Positions 30,501 through 39,903 of a stretch of DNA of 59,791 nt are shown here, one piece after another (positions within the stretch are counted from its first letter, which is position 1; every line of letters starts with the position of its first letter). A program made the translations under genes and the position numbers. Below the pieces are notes generated by a model, which was not told the origin of the DNA, made no database searches, and saw only the letters and a list, made by a program, of their open reading frames with translations. Source of the DNA: a virus (Duplodnaviria; Caudoviricetes). Location: positions 1 through 59,791 of IMG/VR virus record IMGVR_UViG_3300049846_002562, one strand, 5' to 3'.

Positions 30501-33500
30501 GACCGCAGCGGAAAGCAAAACTGTCCAGAAGCAGGTTCAAGAACGCGAAACCAAAAAAGCAGAGCTTGCCAAAAAAGGCGCTGCTTTGAAAGAAAAGCGC
30601 GCCAACACGCCGCCGGAAAAACGGGTATACGAAACACCGACGTCCCTGGCTGTCGACGAAATTGGCAGCGGTGGCGGTGCAGACGCCGAGCGCGTCAGCC
30701 TTGGCGATTTTGTTTCTACGGACGCCAATGGCAACATACTGGTTGAAGAACTCCAGCCGTACAATGCCAGCGGGCTGAAAGACGAAGAAGTGGTTCCGGA
30801 AGGTCGCTCGCCGTCTCAGGAAGCCCGTAAGCTTATCCGGGCGATCAACCGCGACAAAGACGCCGCGTTTATCCTGAACATTCTGGACAAGTTGGGCATT
30901 CCTGACGCAACGCAGTTGAAATGGGACGCTGCTGAAAACGGCTGGCGCGTGTTCGTCGGCAAAGAACTTCAAAAAGGCATTCTGTCCGTGGCAGAAGTCG
31001 AAGCAAAAGCGCCGGAAATGCTGACCAATCCAATGATGAACATTTTTGGGTTTGAAGCCGGTAACCCCAAAAAACAAAACGTCACCATTGGCCGGAAAGA
31101 ACGCCCGAAGACATCGGCGGATCTTGCCGCGTTTGTAAAAGACCTGCTGATCAAAAAAATCGACGGCAACGCTTCTGCGCGCTCGATCTCGCAGCAAACC
31201 CAACGCATTATGGATATGCGTGGCCCCGCCTTGCGTAAAGCTCTTGACGACGTACTGGCAGGCGACTACGACACCGGCGCGTATCGCGCTACCGAAGAAA
31301 CGTCGCAAGAATACAAAAAACCGGAAAACGTGCGCGATGAATTTGGCGACGAAGTTGTCAGCGACGCCGCCAATCAAGAAAAGATCGACGCTTTGGAAAA
31401 CAAAGAGTCGTTTGTCGCAGACGACTTGCGCAACCTGGCGCTTGCATACGCCCGCAAAAAAGGCGTAGAAGACAAGTACGTTCTTTGGGTATTCAAGCAA
31501 GCCAACGCCATTGCCAACAATCCGAACTTCAAAACGTCGGACCAGCGCTTGAACGCGCTTGGCAATGCCATTAACGTCATGATTGAAAAACGTGGCGAGT
31601 TTGGAGACGGCCTGCGTTCAATGATGCGCGACATGAACGTCGACTTCAATCTGCAGAAACCGAAACCGGAAACGAAACTCCGCGACAACGAAAAAGCCGA
31701 TACGGACGTTCCGGCGGGCAAAGCAAAACTCGTCCCGACATATATGTCGCCGGAAACGAAAGAAAAGCTCGACAAAGAAGCTGCCAAAGAAGCTGACTTT
31801 GACGCAACGCTGACTGAGTTTGCACAGCTGATGCGCGTGTGGATGTCTAAAAAGAAACCGCTGACTGATAAGCAGCGCGTCCGTGCCGCGTTTACTAAAG
31901 TTAAACAAGACACTACGCAAAACGTAGGCATTACTAAAGAAGAAGCTGCCAAAGATACGACTGTTCTGCCTAAGAAAGACCCGCTGCGTCCGCAGACTGA
32001 TATGCGCGGATGGATTGAAAGCGCTGTCCAAGCATTTATTCAACGTCAAGTTGATGTTGGTCTAAAAACTGCTGAAAAAGCAGACAAAGTGTCTCGTCCT
32101 GTAGCTGCGGCATTAGATACGCCGTTTGCCTGGGCGTATAAACTTAAAAAAGCAGAGGAAAAAGCAAAATCTGCGCGTGCACAGTTTGACACGGACGAGC
32201 TGGTGCAAGATCTTAAAGCGCTTAATACTCCGCAAGCAATCGAGTTTGTAAAGCGCTTAGAAGCCGCGAGCAAACTGTTTGTAACACCCGCTGCGGAAAA
32301 TAAGTTTAATAAAGAGTTGACGTCGGAAATTGACGCGCTACGCGCAGTCGCACCCGCTAATGACCCTGCTAACGTAGAAAAGTACTTTGACGCTGTAGAG
32401 CGCGCATACGACGCTGCGTTTGCAAAACGTTCAGAGCGCGTTTCAAAACTGCTGGCGTCTCCGCTTGCTAAAACTGTACAAGCACAGCGCAACAACCCTG
32501 CGCTTAAAAAACCAAAGCTGCCGGAAAACATTACTCCGAGCAAGCAAGTTAATAAGCCTGATCCGCGCGCTGCTGCGCGTGCGCGTCTGTCGAAATTTAC
32601 CGCTGCCGAGCAAGCACGCCTTAAAGCAGCTTGGGATAAACTGCCGGATCAATGGAAAGAAAAAATCCTTGACGGTACGCTCAAACTGCCGAAGTCGCTG
32701 GCTACGCAGATCCAACAGGCGTGGCAAAAGCGTGCTGTGTCCAAAGTCGATCCGACGCAAAAAGCCACAAGTGCAACCGACGGGCAAGTAGCAATGCTAA
32801 GCGGCGCGCAAATGACCGAGCTTATGCGCGAAATGTTCACCCCCGGACTAGGGCGGATTGAAGGCCCAGTGACGGTTACCACTGCTTCGGACTCCCTTGC
32901 GGTCAATAATCCGAAACTCAAAGCCAGTATCGCTGCCGACTGGCAGCAACGCCCGCTGACTCAGCCGGAGCATAAAGCTACTGTTGCCGCGTTTGTGAAA
33001 AGCCTTGCCGACTTGATCGGTTCGGACGCCGCGCAAGCCATGGTCAAAACCGGCATGCTGAGCTTTGTCACCCGCGACAACCTGCCCCCGTTTGCTTCCC
33101 ACATCGGCAACGGTGTCCAGGCATACGAATACGAGGGACGCATTTACGTGCTGGCCGACGCTCCGATTGGCAATGCCAGCGGCGTGCTGCTGCATGAATC
33201 GTTCCATGCCTACGCAAAAAGCTTGTTGGGTGAAGACTACATTCCGCTGTTGCAAGAGCTGGCAAAAGAAGCCGGACTGGCAGCACCGGTTGTTGATACC
33301 AATACGGTCATGGCCAGCGAACTGGCAAACTCTGCGCCTGGACTTACTTCTATTGAAAAAAATCTTTTTGATCGTGCGCTTGCGCAATTAAACGCTAAAG
33401 AAGTTAATTTAATAAAAACAGAACTTGGTTCAGCAATCGCCGAGGGTCAAAAAGACTCTCAGCGTTTTGCTGCAGTAGTGCTTTTCAAACGCGCGACGCA

Positions 33501-36500
33501 GATGCTTAAACAAAAAGCAACTGACTATAAAACTATTGAAAAAGGCGTTCGCGTGCAGCCTGAATGGGTTATCGCGGCTAAAGCACTTGAAGACGCGTTT
33601 AGCGCATCTGAAAAGAAGCTTAACGACCTTTTGGAAAAACGAAAAAAATACCGAGATACGTATAATACGGTTTCTTCAAAGTTAACATTTAAAGAAACCG
33701 TTGAAAACGTAGAATTTAAAAAAGCGTCTATGGCGTTCAGGTATGCTAAAGACCTTTTTGTGCGTGAATTTCAAAAAAACATATCTGAAATTCAAATGCC
33801 TTCGGCAGCGCGAACTACTGCGAACATGTTTGTCGGTGACATAACATTTCAACTTGATCAGATAGAATCTGAGTTTACGCTATTAACTGCTGACGCCATT
33901 TTCAATAAACTTCGTGATATGCGCGTGCAAGAAATCCAGTATCTTCGCGGAGAAGCTTTTGTGCGTGAAGAAACTGCGGTAGATGGCGCGAATGATGGTG
34001 CTGTGGTAGAAGATTTTGTGCGAGCGCTTTATGTATACGGATCGCTTGGCAGTCTAAGTAGCGAACGTGTGCCGCGTTCTGTTAATAACGCAGCAATCTC
34101 GCAAGTAGTTAGCGAACTTGAAAAAAACCCACGTGCACATATTGTAAATACGTATAACGACATCGTTAACCGCACTATGCAGCAGTACATTGCGTATACT
34201 ACTGACGACGGTAATGTCTGGCGTAAGCACGTAAAAACAAAAAAAGGAACTGCCGATTTTGACATTGCTGCGAGCTCTATACAAACAAACTCGCATACTA
34301 ATTGGTGCATTAGCGGAGAATCGTATTCTCGCATGTACCTTAACGACGGTGATATATGGTTGCTTAACTCTAAAGATGGCAACTCGATGCTTGCTATTCG
34401 GTTTTTCAATGATGAAATTGCTGAAATTAAAGGGGTATCAAACCAGCGACAGCTTACTAACTACGAACAACGTCTTGCTGCAGAGCTTGCGCGTACTGGT
34501 CTAGTCGGTAAAAAAGAAGTGCTGCGTTATGCAAACGCTTGGGGGCTCACCGAGCTTGCATCGATTGTTGGATCTCAGGCTGATGTAGATGCTGCAACTA
34601 AATCCGCTAAGTTAGCTGCGGATGCCCGAGAAAACGGTTTTGCCATTGACGACGATGGTAATGTACTTGACGTTGCGGTTGCGGAGTATCGTGACCGTGA
34701 CTGGGACGGTGACGACGTCGGGCCTGAAGCGTTTGACGCTTTTTGGGTGCCAGATCAAAATAATTTCCAAGTACAACGCGAACGCGAACGCGACGAAATC
34801 CGTGCGAACAATCTTGTACGTCGTGAATTAAATATGCGTTTAGAAAATCGCAACGAAGCTCGCGGTGATGTTGCGGGCGAACGAAATGATGATGTGCCTT
34901 TCAGCGTCCGTGCCGACAGTCCGTCCGAAGCTGCCGACAGCGACTGGATCGCACAAGCCAAGCTGCGGGTGAAACTGGCCGGCGTGTCTCCTGAACACCA
35001 GGCCGAGGAATTTGCGGCGTACGCCATTGAAAACTACGAAAGCGCGCCGAAGAATATCCAAACCATCATCGACAAGCTGTTTGCCAAAATGAAACTGGCG
35101 CTGGCAACCATGCTGCGCAAGCTGAAAGTGGCACCGAAGTACCGCGTTGCCCTGCTAAAAGACCCGGCGGTTCTCCGGGAGATCGCGCTGAAAGGTCTGC
35201 GTCAAGCCGGCAAACGTGCCGAAGGGCATACCAATTTTGGTGCGGGCAGTATCCTTGCCGACGTTGCCATAAGTGCGCAGTCTGCAGTAACCCGCGTGTT
35301 TGGCAAAGTCTACGGCAGCGTTCAATCCGAGCGTATTGTCGCCGGCGCGCGGCAGTTTGCCAGTGAGCGCATGCGCGGATACCAAGCGCCTGGAAACGAC
35401 ACCACTATCGGTGAAAAACTCGACGTTCACAATTTGAACCAGTTTTTGCAGGAAGTGCTGACTCCTGAGCAGCGCAACGCGATGTACCAGCTGGCGCATA
35501 CGACTTTCCGTGAGGTATTCCGTCAGCTTCCGGAAAACTACGCGCTGATGCTGAACAGCAAATACGGCTTTGAATACACGATGTACAATCTGTACCACGC
35601 GTATATCAACGGACAGCTTGGCGATCAAGAAGCAATCCGGCCGTTCTTCATGCTCAACAAGGCCAAAGCCAAAGCCCGTGAGTTGCTGGACATCTATACC
35701 GACGATGACCTGGCGCTGCAGATCCTGAAAGACATGTCTGACGGCACGCTGATGAACGCAGCCAAGTCGCCGTATCCGTACATGCCGGAAATGCGTCTGA
35801 AGCGTAAGCAGACCAAAGCCGGCAGCGTGTCGCAGAAAATCAATGACGCTGCAGTCAAAGCCGGCGACGTGTTTGAGCGTATTTTCTACAGCGACTACGA
35901 CCGTGCGCGCTCGTCAGGCATTGCCGCGTATCAGGAAATTATCAACCGGATCCAGTACCGTTCCGGTGACCGCCCGACTATTAATCCAGACGGCACGGTA
36001 AACCGTGGCCTGCTGCCGGCTATCGCTCACCAGACGGGTAAATTCCTTCAGCAGTTTGATACCGCGGTCAAGGGGCTTTCAAAAGAAGCTCAAGAGCGCG
36101 TCGTCCGTGAAACCTATTTCAATATGCCGAACCCGCGCCCGGGCAAACTGTCCGAAGCGGAAACCGAAGCGTTCTACAAAATCCGCAAAATCTACAGGGA
36201 CGCCGGTGCTTACGGCGTAGCCGGCGGCACGCTCGATGCTGGGCAGATCGAAAACAATCCAGACTACACGCCGGTCATTTTTGACATCGGTGGCGACGTT
36301 AAGACTCACAAAGTCAATCTGCGTATGCTGCTTGACCAAGGCGTTATCAACGAGAAAAACGGCGTTAAAAAGTACAAATACCAGCGTACGCTGCAAGCCA
36401 TTTACGAGTTAAAGAACCCCCGTCGCCATCCGACTGACCCTGAGCCTGATTTCAGCGTTTTGGACATTGCTGCGCAAAAAGCATTCATTGACCAGGTGGT

Positions 36501-38100
36501 TGACTACGCGTTCTTTGATCCGAGCAGCGTTATGCTTGACGACCAGTTGGGCAAACAGTTTAAGCATGCGCACGCCCGCTTGTTCAACGACATCTTTGAA
36601 AACTACAAAGACGGCGACAAAGCCGACTTGGAAACCCTGGTTGCCATGCTTGAGCCGTCGCTTGGTCAGCAAGCGGTTCAGTATATTGAACCGTTGGTAA
36701 TTCGCACGGAATACGAAAAAGCGTTTCCAAACGGGTTGGACAACAAGCTGATCGAGCAAATGCGCCGGCAAGGTGCCAGCAAAGCGCAGCTTGCCGCTGC
36801 GGCACGCGTGCTTGACGCCGCCCGCAACAAGTTTACGTTCCCGATTTTGAACGACAAAGGCGAGCGCGGCAGCCCGACCATTGCGATGCTCAACAAAACC
36901 CTGGCGACCAAAATGCACAACCGTGAAACCTTGACGGCTATGCAGAATCTGTCTGCGTGGCAGAACCTGCGCCTGTTGCCGCTGGCTCTGCTGTCCAGTC
37001 TAGTTGACCCGCAGGGCATTGCCATTCGTTCCGGCGGTGACATGGGCGCGTCGTTCTTTGCGCTGCGCACCGGTATTGCGGGACTTTTTGATCAAGGCCT
37101 GCAAGACCAGTTGCATGCCATGGCCGAAGCGGCCGGTTACTCCGCGGAGATCAGCGCTGCCCAAGCGCTGCATGATGGCTTTGGCGCCGGATCTCGTACG
37201 CCGTGGGCGCGCAAAGTCAACAGCTTTGTGTTCAAGTGGAACGGACTGGAGACTTGGACTCGGCAGACCCGATACATGGCGCTGGTCGCTGGCCACGAAA
37301 TGCTGGCCAAATGGCAATCTCAGGCGCGTGGCGAAAACGCGACTGAGCAGCAGCAGGCCAACGCCCGACGCTACTTGTCTGAATTAGGTGTCAAAGTAGA
37401 CGACATCCGAGTCGGAGCACTCTCCGACGGCCCGCTTGCGGGCCGTCGGCAGGTGCTACTGTTATCTCCCGAACAGCGGCTCAATGCCACAAAAGAACAG
37501 CTCCTTGCCGACGACCGCGTAAAAGGCGCGCTCGTTCAGTTTGTTGATGAAGCCATTCTTCGGCCGAACATCTTGCAGACGCCCGGGTACTTCAAAGACC
37601 CGTTCATGTCGATATTCACTCAGTACAAGAATTTCAGCTACGCCATTTACGAGCAGATCGGTCGCCGGCTGGCTCTGGAGCTTGACCACGGTAACTACCA
37701 TGTGGTCACGGCAGCACTGAGCTATTTGCCGGTGATCTTGTTGGCTGAGTTGCTGCGCGAATTCCTTCAGTGGGGTACGGAAGGTAATCCGCAGCGGGAA
37801 CAGTGGGGTGTGCCGGAGTACACGGGCCTGGCCATTGCCAAGACCGGTTTTGCCGGTCCGCGTATCGAATACGCCAGCAGCGTGAAGAAAGACGCCGAAA
37901 TGGGCAACGTTCCGGGTACCAGCGCGCTGGGCCCGACAGTCGGAGCTGTGGGCATGATCAAAGACAGCGCCACAGGCCAGCGGTCTTGGGGAGCTACCGG
38001 AGAGTCTTTAGCCCCCGGTTCTGCGCTCTGGAAGAACTGGAACAACGACAACGCGCCCCCGGCAGGTGGGGGACTACAGCGGAAGGCTGTCGATGCCTAA
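27535..38100 (+). CDS. Giant internal virion (ejection/polyvalent) protein, 3521 aa, with zincin-like HExxH domain
   Basis: Last late gene. N-terminal EGGQEAVQ/GGLLGG region, HESFH motif, and C-terminal FTQYKNF resembling the QFKSF motif of podoviral internal virion proteins. Only one Cys. Confidence 0.75.
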   Translation: MADFLQRYAGNIDPNDESIPQSIRDKLTGANIPGVHVGDALDARIGDRSWGQKTASGVTQELLGQRHLALGLGNYLLGDQDAAVARLKRWEENNQRVNEIAPEFKDFEQIKDFQSGASVLGYQLAKLAPDAILGLGIGAIGKKGATAAAEAAAVEAAARVLATSAAKKEALVIAEKQGLDALKETAGYKAADAAKRTAMEQGRLQQVRETAKDGLLAEARKKLSPEAVKAIGKRGDLGFAIGATVGSIPSNLQDQGQFMLERPDLTREEALKLLAGTTASASTDFIPLAGWLNRFSKKGVEAARKADELFTPRFVKAVVKQAGAEGGQEAVQAMITRQSQNWVDENINMFDQEAMQEYFMNFVAGGLLGGTMGGAGEIGSTTSNAIGNLFKASFKKMEAARLDRENARAQAERDPNTINVPPGGFSSADPTSGTQAAAAAAQASGRTLNPQAAAVLNGDAPQSGDLGSQIKFSQRIDEQSTDLLTEWQNRVAAYRTGGVNAAAQGYDAGVTDVLFPVGIRLGEESLPFANIAAGFGFTNTNKTSEQLKADPLYIYGMRALEKIMRFGMDSTAVTKEDKEYYADLVSMSAEPWRFSVVTALRDLNPTLHAETLAGIDDRLAALKQQTQKEDFNLAESMGVSRDEIANVTGQLDPEGTEGGPEGAGANPDAMALTTNQRTSMLDRDVTSENRANALAYLLNGRKRAFDDGTEDKSRPLGAGEILTREEFEPALVEALKDPAVIAQLGGRDAAIGAYERLQQMLEEKARLMQGSYRREDGTPTNTQERVKQLNKRFEAQVIQNKTLDALANIIRARVMAAADAKTRAEVSANSGVFPNYNQVAFDERKNNETENSAYAVSDERNLIDLGSQMARFISSADGKEERAGKKSGANAIQQQLALLAQLSTNPQLPIDLDTVPWGKKFTIKRFGDREFVFNKKPDNFDTFVEPARKKGENDLAYAKRTKFLRDKHEANQRKMVAESLAAFVAKYGKTAAESKTVQKQVQERETKKAELAKKGAALKEKRANTPPEKRVYETPTSLAVDEIGSGGGADAERVSLGDFVSTDANGNILVEELQPYNASGLKDEEVVPEGRSPSQEARKLIRAINRDKDAAFILNILDKLGIPDATQLKWDAAENGWRVFVGKELQKGILSVAEVEAKAPEMLTNPMMNIFGFEAGNPKKQNVTIGRKERPKTSADLAAFVKDLLIKKIDGNASARSISQQTQRIMDMRGPALRKALDDVLAGDYDTGAYRATEETSQEYKKPENVRDEFGDEVVSDAANQEKIDALENKESFVADDLRNLALAYARKKGVEDKYVLWVFKQANAIANNPNFKTSDQRLNALGNAINVMIEKRGEFGDGLRSMMRDMNVDFNLQKPKPETKLRDNEKADTDVPAGKAKLVPTYMSPETKEKLDKEAAKEADFDATLTEFAQLMRVWMSKKKPLTDKQRVRAAFTKVKQDTTQNVGITKEEAAKDTTVLPKKDPLRPQTDMRGWIESAVQAFIQRQVDVGLKTAEKADKVSRPVAAALDTPFAWAYKLKKAEEKAKSARAQFDTDELVQDLKALNTPQAIEFVKRLEAASKLFVTPAAENKFNKELTSEIDALRAVAPANDPANVEKYFDAVERAYDAAFAKRSERVSKLLASPLAKTVQAQRNNPALKKPKLPENITPSKQVNKPDPRAAARARLSKFTAAEQARLKAAWDKLPDQWKEKILDGTLKLPKSLATQIQQAWQKRAVSKVDPTQKATSATDGQVAMLSGAQMTELMREMFTPGLGRIEGPVTVTTASDSLAVNNPKLKASIAADWQQRPLTQPEHKATVAAFVKSLADLIGSDAAQAMVKTGMLSFVTRDNLPPFASHIGNGVQAYEYEGRIYVLADAPIGNASGVLLHESFHAYAKSLLGEDYIPLLQELAKEAGLAAPVVDTNTVMASELANSAPGLTSIEKNLFDRALAQLNAKEVNLIKTELGSAIAEGQKDSQRFAAVVLFKRATQMLKQKATDYKTIEKGVRVQPEWVIAAKALEDAFSASEKKLNDLLEKRKKYRDTYNTVSSKLTFKETVENVEFKKASMAFRYAKDLFVREFQKNISEIQMPSAARTTANMFVGDITFQLDQIESEFTLLTADAIFNKLRDMRVQEIQYLRGEAFVREETAVDGANDGAVVEDFVRALYVYGSLGSLSSERVPRSVNNAAISQVVSELEKNPRAHIVNTYNDIVNRTMQQYIAYTTDDGNVWRKHVKTKKGTADFDIAASSIQTNSHTNWCISGESYSRMYLNDGDIWLLNSKDGNSMLAIRFFNDEIAEIKGVSNQRQLTNYEQRLAAELARTGLVGKKEVLRYANAWGLTELASIVGSQADVDAATKSAKLAADARENGFAIDDDGNVLDVAVAEYRDRDWDGDDVGPEAFDAFWVPDQNNFQVQRERERDEIRANNLVRRELNMRLENRNEARGDVAGERNDDVPFSVRADSPSEAADSDWIAQAKLRVKLAGVSPEHQAEEFAAYAIENYESAPKNIQTIIDKLFAKMKLALATMLRKLKVAPKYRVALLKDPAVLREIALKGLRQAGKRAEGHTNFGAGSILADVAISAQSAVTRVFGKVYGSVQSERIVAGARQFASERMRGYQAPGNDTTIGEKLDVHNLNQFLQEVLTPEQRNAMYQLAHTTFREVFRQLPENYALMLNSKYGFEYTMYNLYHAYINGQLGDQEAIRPFFMLNKAKAKARELLDIYTDDDLALQILKDMSDGTLMNAAKSPYPYMPEMRLKRKQTKAGSVSQKINDAAVKAGDVFERIFYSDYDRARSSGIAAYQEIINRIQYRSGDRPTINPDGTVNRGLLPAIAHQTGKFLQQFDTAVKGLSKEAQERVVRETYFNMPNPRPGKLSEAETEAFYKIRKIYRDAGAYGVAGGTLDAGQIENNPDYTPVIFDIGGDVKTHKVNLRMLLDQGVINEKNGVKKYKYQRTLQAIYELKNPRRHPTDPEPDFSVLDIAAQKAFIDQVVDYAFFDPSSVMLDDQLGKQFKHAHARLFNDIFENYKDGDKADLETLVAMLEPSLGQQAVQYIEPLVIRTEYEKAFPNGLDNKLIEQMRRQGASKAQLAAAARVLDAARNKFTFPILNDKGERGSPTIAMLNKTLATKMHNRETLTAMQNLSAWQNLRLLPLALLSSLVDPQGIAIRSGGDMGASFFALRTGIAGLFDQGLQDQLHAMAEAAGYSAEISAAQALHDGFGAGSRTPWARKVNSFVFKWNGLETWTRQTRYMALVAGHEMLAKWQSQARGENATEQQQANARRYLSELGVKVDDIRVGALSDGPLAGRRQVLLLSPEQRLNATKEQLLADDRVKGALVQFVDEAILRPNILQTPGYFKDPFMSIFTQYKNFSYAIYEQIGRRLALELDHGNYHVVTAALSYLPVILLAELLREFLQWGTEGNPQREQWGVPEYTGLAIAKTGFAGPRIEYASSVKKDAEMGNVPGTSALGPTVGAVGMIKDSATGQRSWGATGESLAPGSALWKNWNNDNAPPAGGGLQRKAVDA

Positions 38101-38471
38101 GAATGCGTCTGAGAGCGATTTAGCAACATAGACCCGTTCAGCGCCGCCTCTAGCTCGGCAATTTCTTCTAGTAACCGCGAAACACAGGCTTCTACGGTTT
38201 CATCGTTGAGCATGCCGGCGGTTGCGGGGGCGTGCAAGTCAGCCTTCAAGATCTCGATGGTCTGTTGGATGGGAAACAGGTTGATAGTGTAATGGGCGGC
38301 GTCGCAGTTGCCGCAGTAGAAGCTGTCGGAGTGGTCAAAAATCCACTCCTGGGCGGCAAAATCCCACCGGCCGGAGCCTTCTTGCCGCAGATCGATTGAG
38401 TGGCACTCTGCGCAAGAGGGCCACAAAAGTGTGACGGAGTTCACAGTTTTGGGAGATTCGGGAGTCGGCAT
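38097..38471 (-). CDS. Hypothetical Zn-ribbon protein
   Basis: CAEC...CGNC pairs; converges on the giant gene. Confidence 0.5.
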   Translation of the reverse strand: MPTPESPKTVNSVTLLWPSCAECHSIDLRQEGSGRWDFAAQEWIFDHSDSFYCGNCDAAHYTINLFPIQQTIEILKADLHAPATAGMLNDETVEACVSRLLEEIAELEAALNGSMLLNRSQTHS

Positions 38472-38505
38472 GTGAATTTTCCATTAAAAAAAGGTTAAAT
38501 TTGGC

Positions 38506-38690
38506 GTCGTGTCACAGATTTCAGCGTTTTTGTCACAAAAAATAGTCAATAAAATCAACGATGTCACAAATGTCACACTATTTACATACTCTACTACTTT
38601 TTATATATATATATTTTTTAGGGGGGAATAGAGCAGACGGTGACTTTTGTGACATGCTTGTTTTTGTTAGCTTTTTTTCTGTGACACGAC
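38506..38690. repeat. Putative replication origin: inverted iterons around an AT-rich core
   Basis: 13-bp inverted repeat GTCGTGTCACAGA (38506-38518)/TCTGTGACACGAC (38678-38690). Four TGTCACA on the left, three GTGAC(A) on the right, and a central TATATATATA tract. Confidence 0.65.
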
Positions 38691-38771
38691 TGCTTGATCA
38701 GCCCTATTTTCGTTAAGTTTGCGTTAAACCGACGCGACGACTGCTTTTTTGGAAGTCGTTTTTGTGACAGA

Positions 38772-39299
38772 TCACAGTTTTTTGAGTTCAAATGCTGCCC
38801 GCCAGAGCAGCTGCACAGCTTCAGCCAGCTTGATGTTCGCCCCTTTGGTGCTTTCCGGGTCGTAGACGGTCTTTTGGAAATCCAGAATATCGTCTCGCAG
38901 TTGGTCTACTCGGCTGACAGGATTTTCTGGCATACCTACCCAGTCTTTGTCGACTTCGACAACCTGTCCGTGCTGCGATGCGGCATTCTGCACTTTGCCG
39001 TGGCGCAGTTCACTCAAACGTACGTCTTGGACTGGGATTTCGCCCAGCAGCTCTTTTTCAGTTAGGCGGGCGTACCCGATGATGTCGGTCCAGCTGTCGA
39101 CGTAATAAGGGTCGCCGTTGACGATTCGGCCGATCTTGTGGGCGATCATGTCCAGGGTTTCTTGCATGTGCGGATTGCAGCTGTCCCAGCTGCGGCCGCT
39201 GTGGATTGCCCGCTTGATGTCCTGGGTGATCATGGCGTGGTCAGGGTACTCGCCGTAGCGTTTACCGCGTTCGTACAGAACCTTTTCGATGTCAGACAT
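38772..39299 (-). CDS. DUF6378-like protein
   Basis: ERGKRYG...DMIAHKIGRI.NGDP...DSWTDIIGYA pattern. Confidence 0.7.
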   Translation of the reverse strand: MSDIEKVLYERGKRYGEYPDHAMITQDIKRAIHSGRSWDSCNPHMQETLDMIAHKIGRIVNGDPYYVDSWTDIIGYARLTEKELLGEIPVQDVRLSELRHGKVQNAASQHGQVVEVDKDWVGMPENPVSRVDQLRDDILDFQKTVYDPESTKGANIKLAEAVQLLWRAAFELKKL

Positions 39300-39546
39300 T
39301 TTTCTTTTCCTTACCGTGGATGATGTTGTCGTGCATCATTTTGCGAAGGGTCTGGGCGCCTTGCTTTGCCCCCTGCAGCATGATGGCGGTGTTGATGGAT
39401 TCTCGACGATTGAATTCGTCGATCGTAGTCAGGCCTTCCTTGAGCGCCTTCCGGCAAAAGTCGTAGCTGCGGGCGGTGTAGATTTTGCTGACTTCTTTCG
39501 CGGTGCGGTATTCCCCTTCAAAGAGGTATCGTTTTGCAGTTGGCAT
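39292..39546 (-). CDS. Hypothetical protein
   Basis: Coupled to the downstream gene within the - strand operon. Confidence 0.5.
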   Translation of the reverse strand: MPTAKRYLFEGEYRTAKEVSKIYTARSYDFCRKALKEGLTTIDEFNRRESINTAIMLQGAKQGAQTLRKMMHDNIIHGKEKKNV

Positions 39547-39803
39547 TCGTACTGGTCCAATTGTTTGAGAATTTTGGTATACATCTTGAAGTCGGGTTCA
39601 GCTTCCTTGCGGCTGCGCTCGCCGTCTTGCAGCAGGTTTTCGTCTTCCAGAAGCATTTCGATGTGCCCCCGGAGTGTGCGCCGGGACGCCAGTTTGGTCA
39701 GATCTGCGAGTTCACCTTCCAGCGGCTCACGGCCGTACATGGAATTGATACTCAGCTTTGCTCGCTGGTTGAGTAACGCTACGAAATTAGTAAGTTCTTT
39801 CAT
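39429..39803 (-). CDS. Hypothetical protein (start MKELTNF)
   Basis: GAGG upstream of the ATG at 39803. The 3' end overlaps the next ORF substantially. Confidence 0.4.
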   Translation of the reverse strand: MKELTNFVALLNQRAKLSINSMYGREPLEGELADLTKLASRRTLRGHIEMLLEDENLLQDGERSRKEAEPDFKMYTKILKQLDQYECQLQNDTSLKGNTAPRKKSAKSTPPAATTFAGRRSRKA

Positions 39804-39903
39804 CGGATGTACCGTCCTCGGGGTGGTTTCCGCGATTTGAACGCGGCAATGATAACGATTGCGTTGAACACGATGGCTGCGCCAGCTTTGATCAAAGTCC
39901 AGT

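Noticed and set aside
33330-34900. Intein or intron as the explanation for the AT-rich insert
   Set aside because: No Cys/Ser-start and His-Asn-end splice motifs or LAGLIDADG blocks are visible, and the frame is uninterrupted.
27535-38100. N4-type virion RNA polymerase
   Set aside because: Size, position and lack of Cys fit, but I could not find T7-like RNAP catalytic motifs, and no N4 RNAP II genes are evident.
38506-38690. matS, CRP or Pho boxes
   Set aside because: GTGAC/GTCAC half-sites occur, but not as GTGACRNYGTCAC, as TGTGA-N6-TCACA, or with an 11-bp period.
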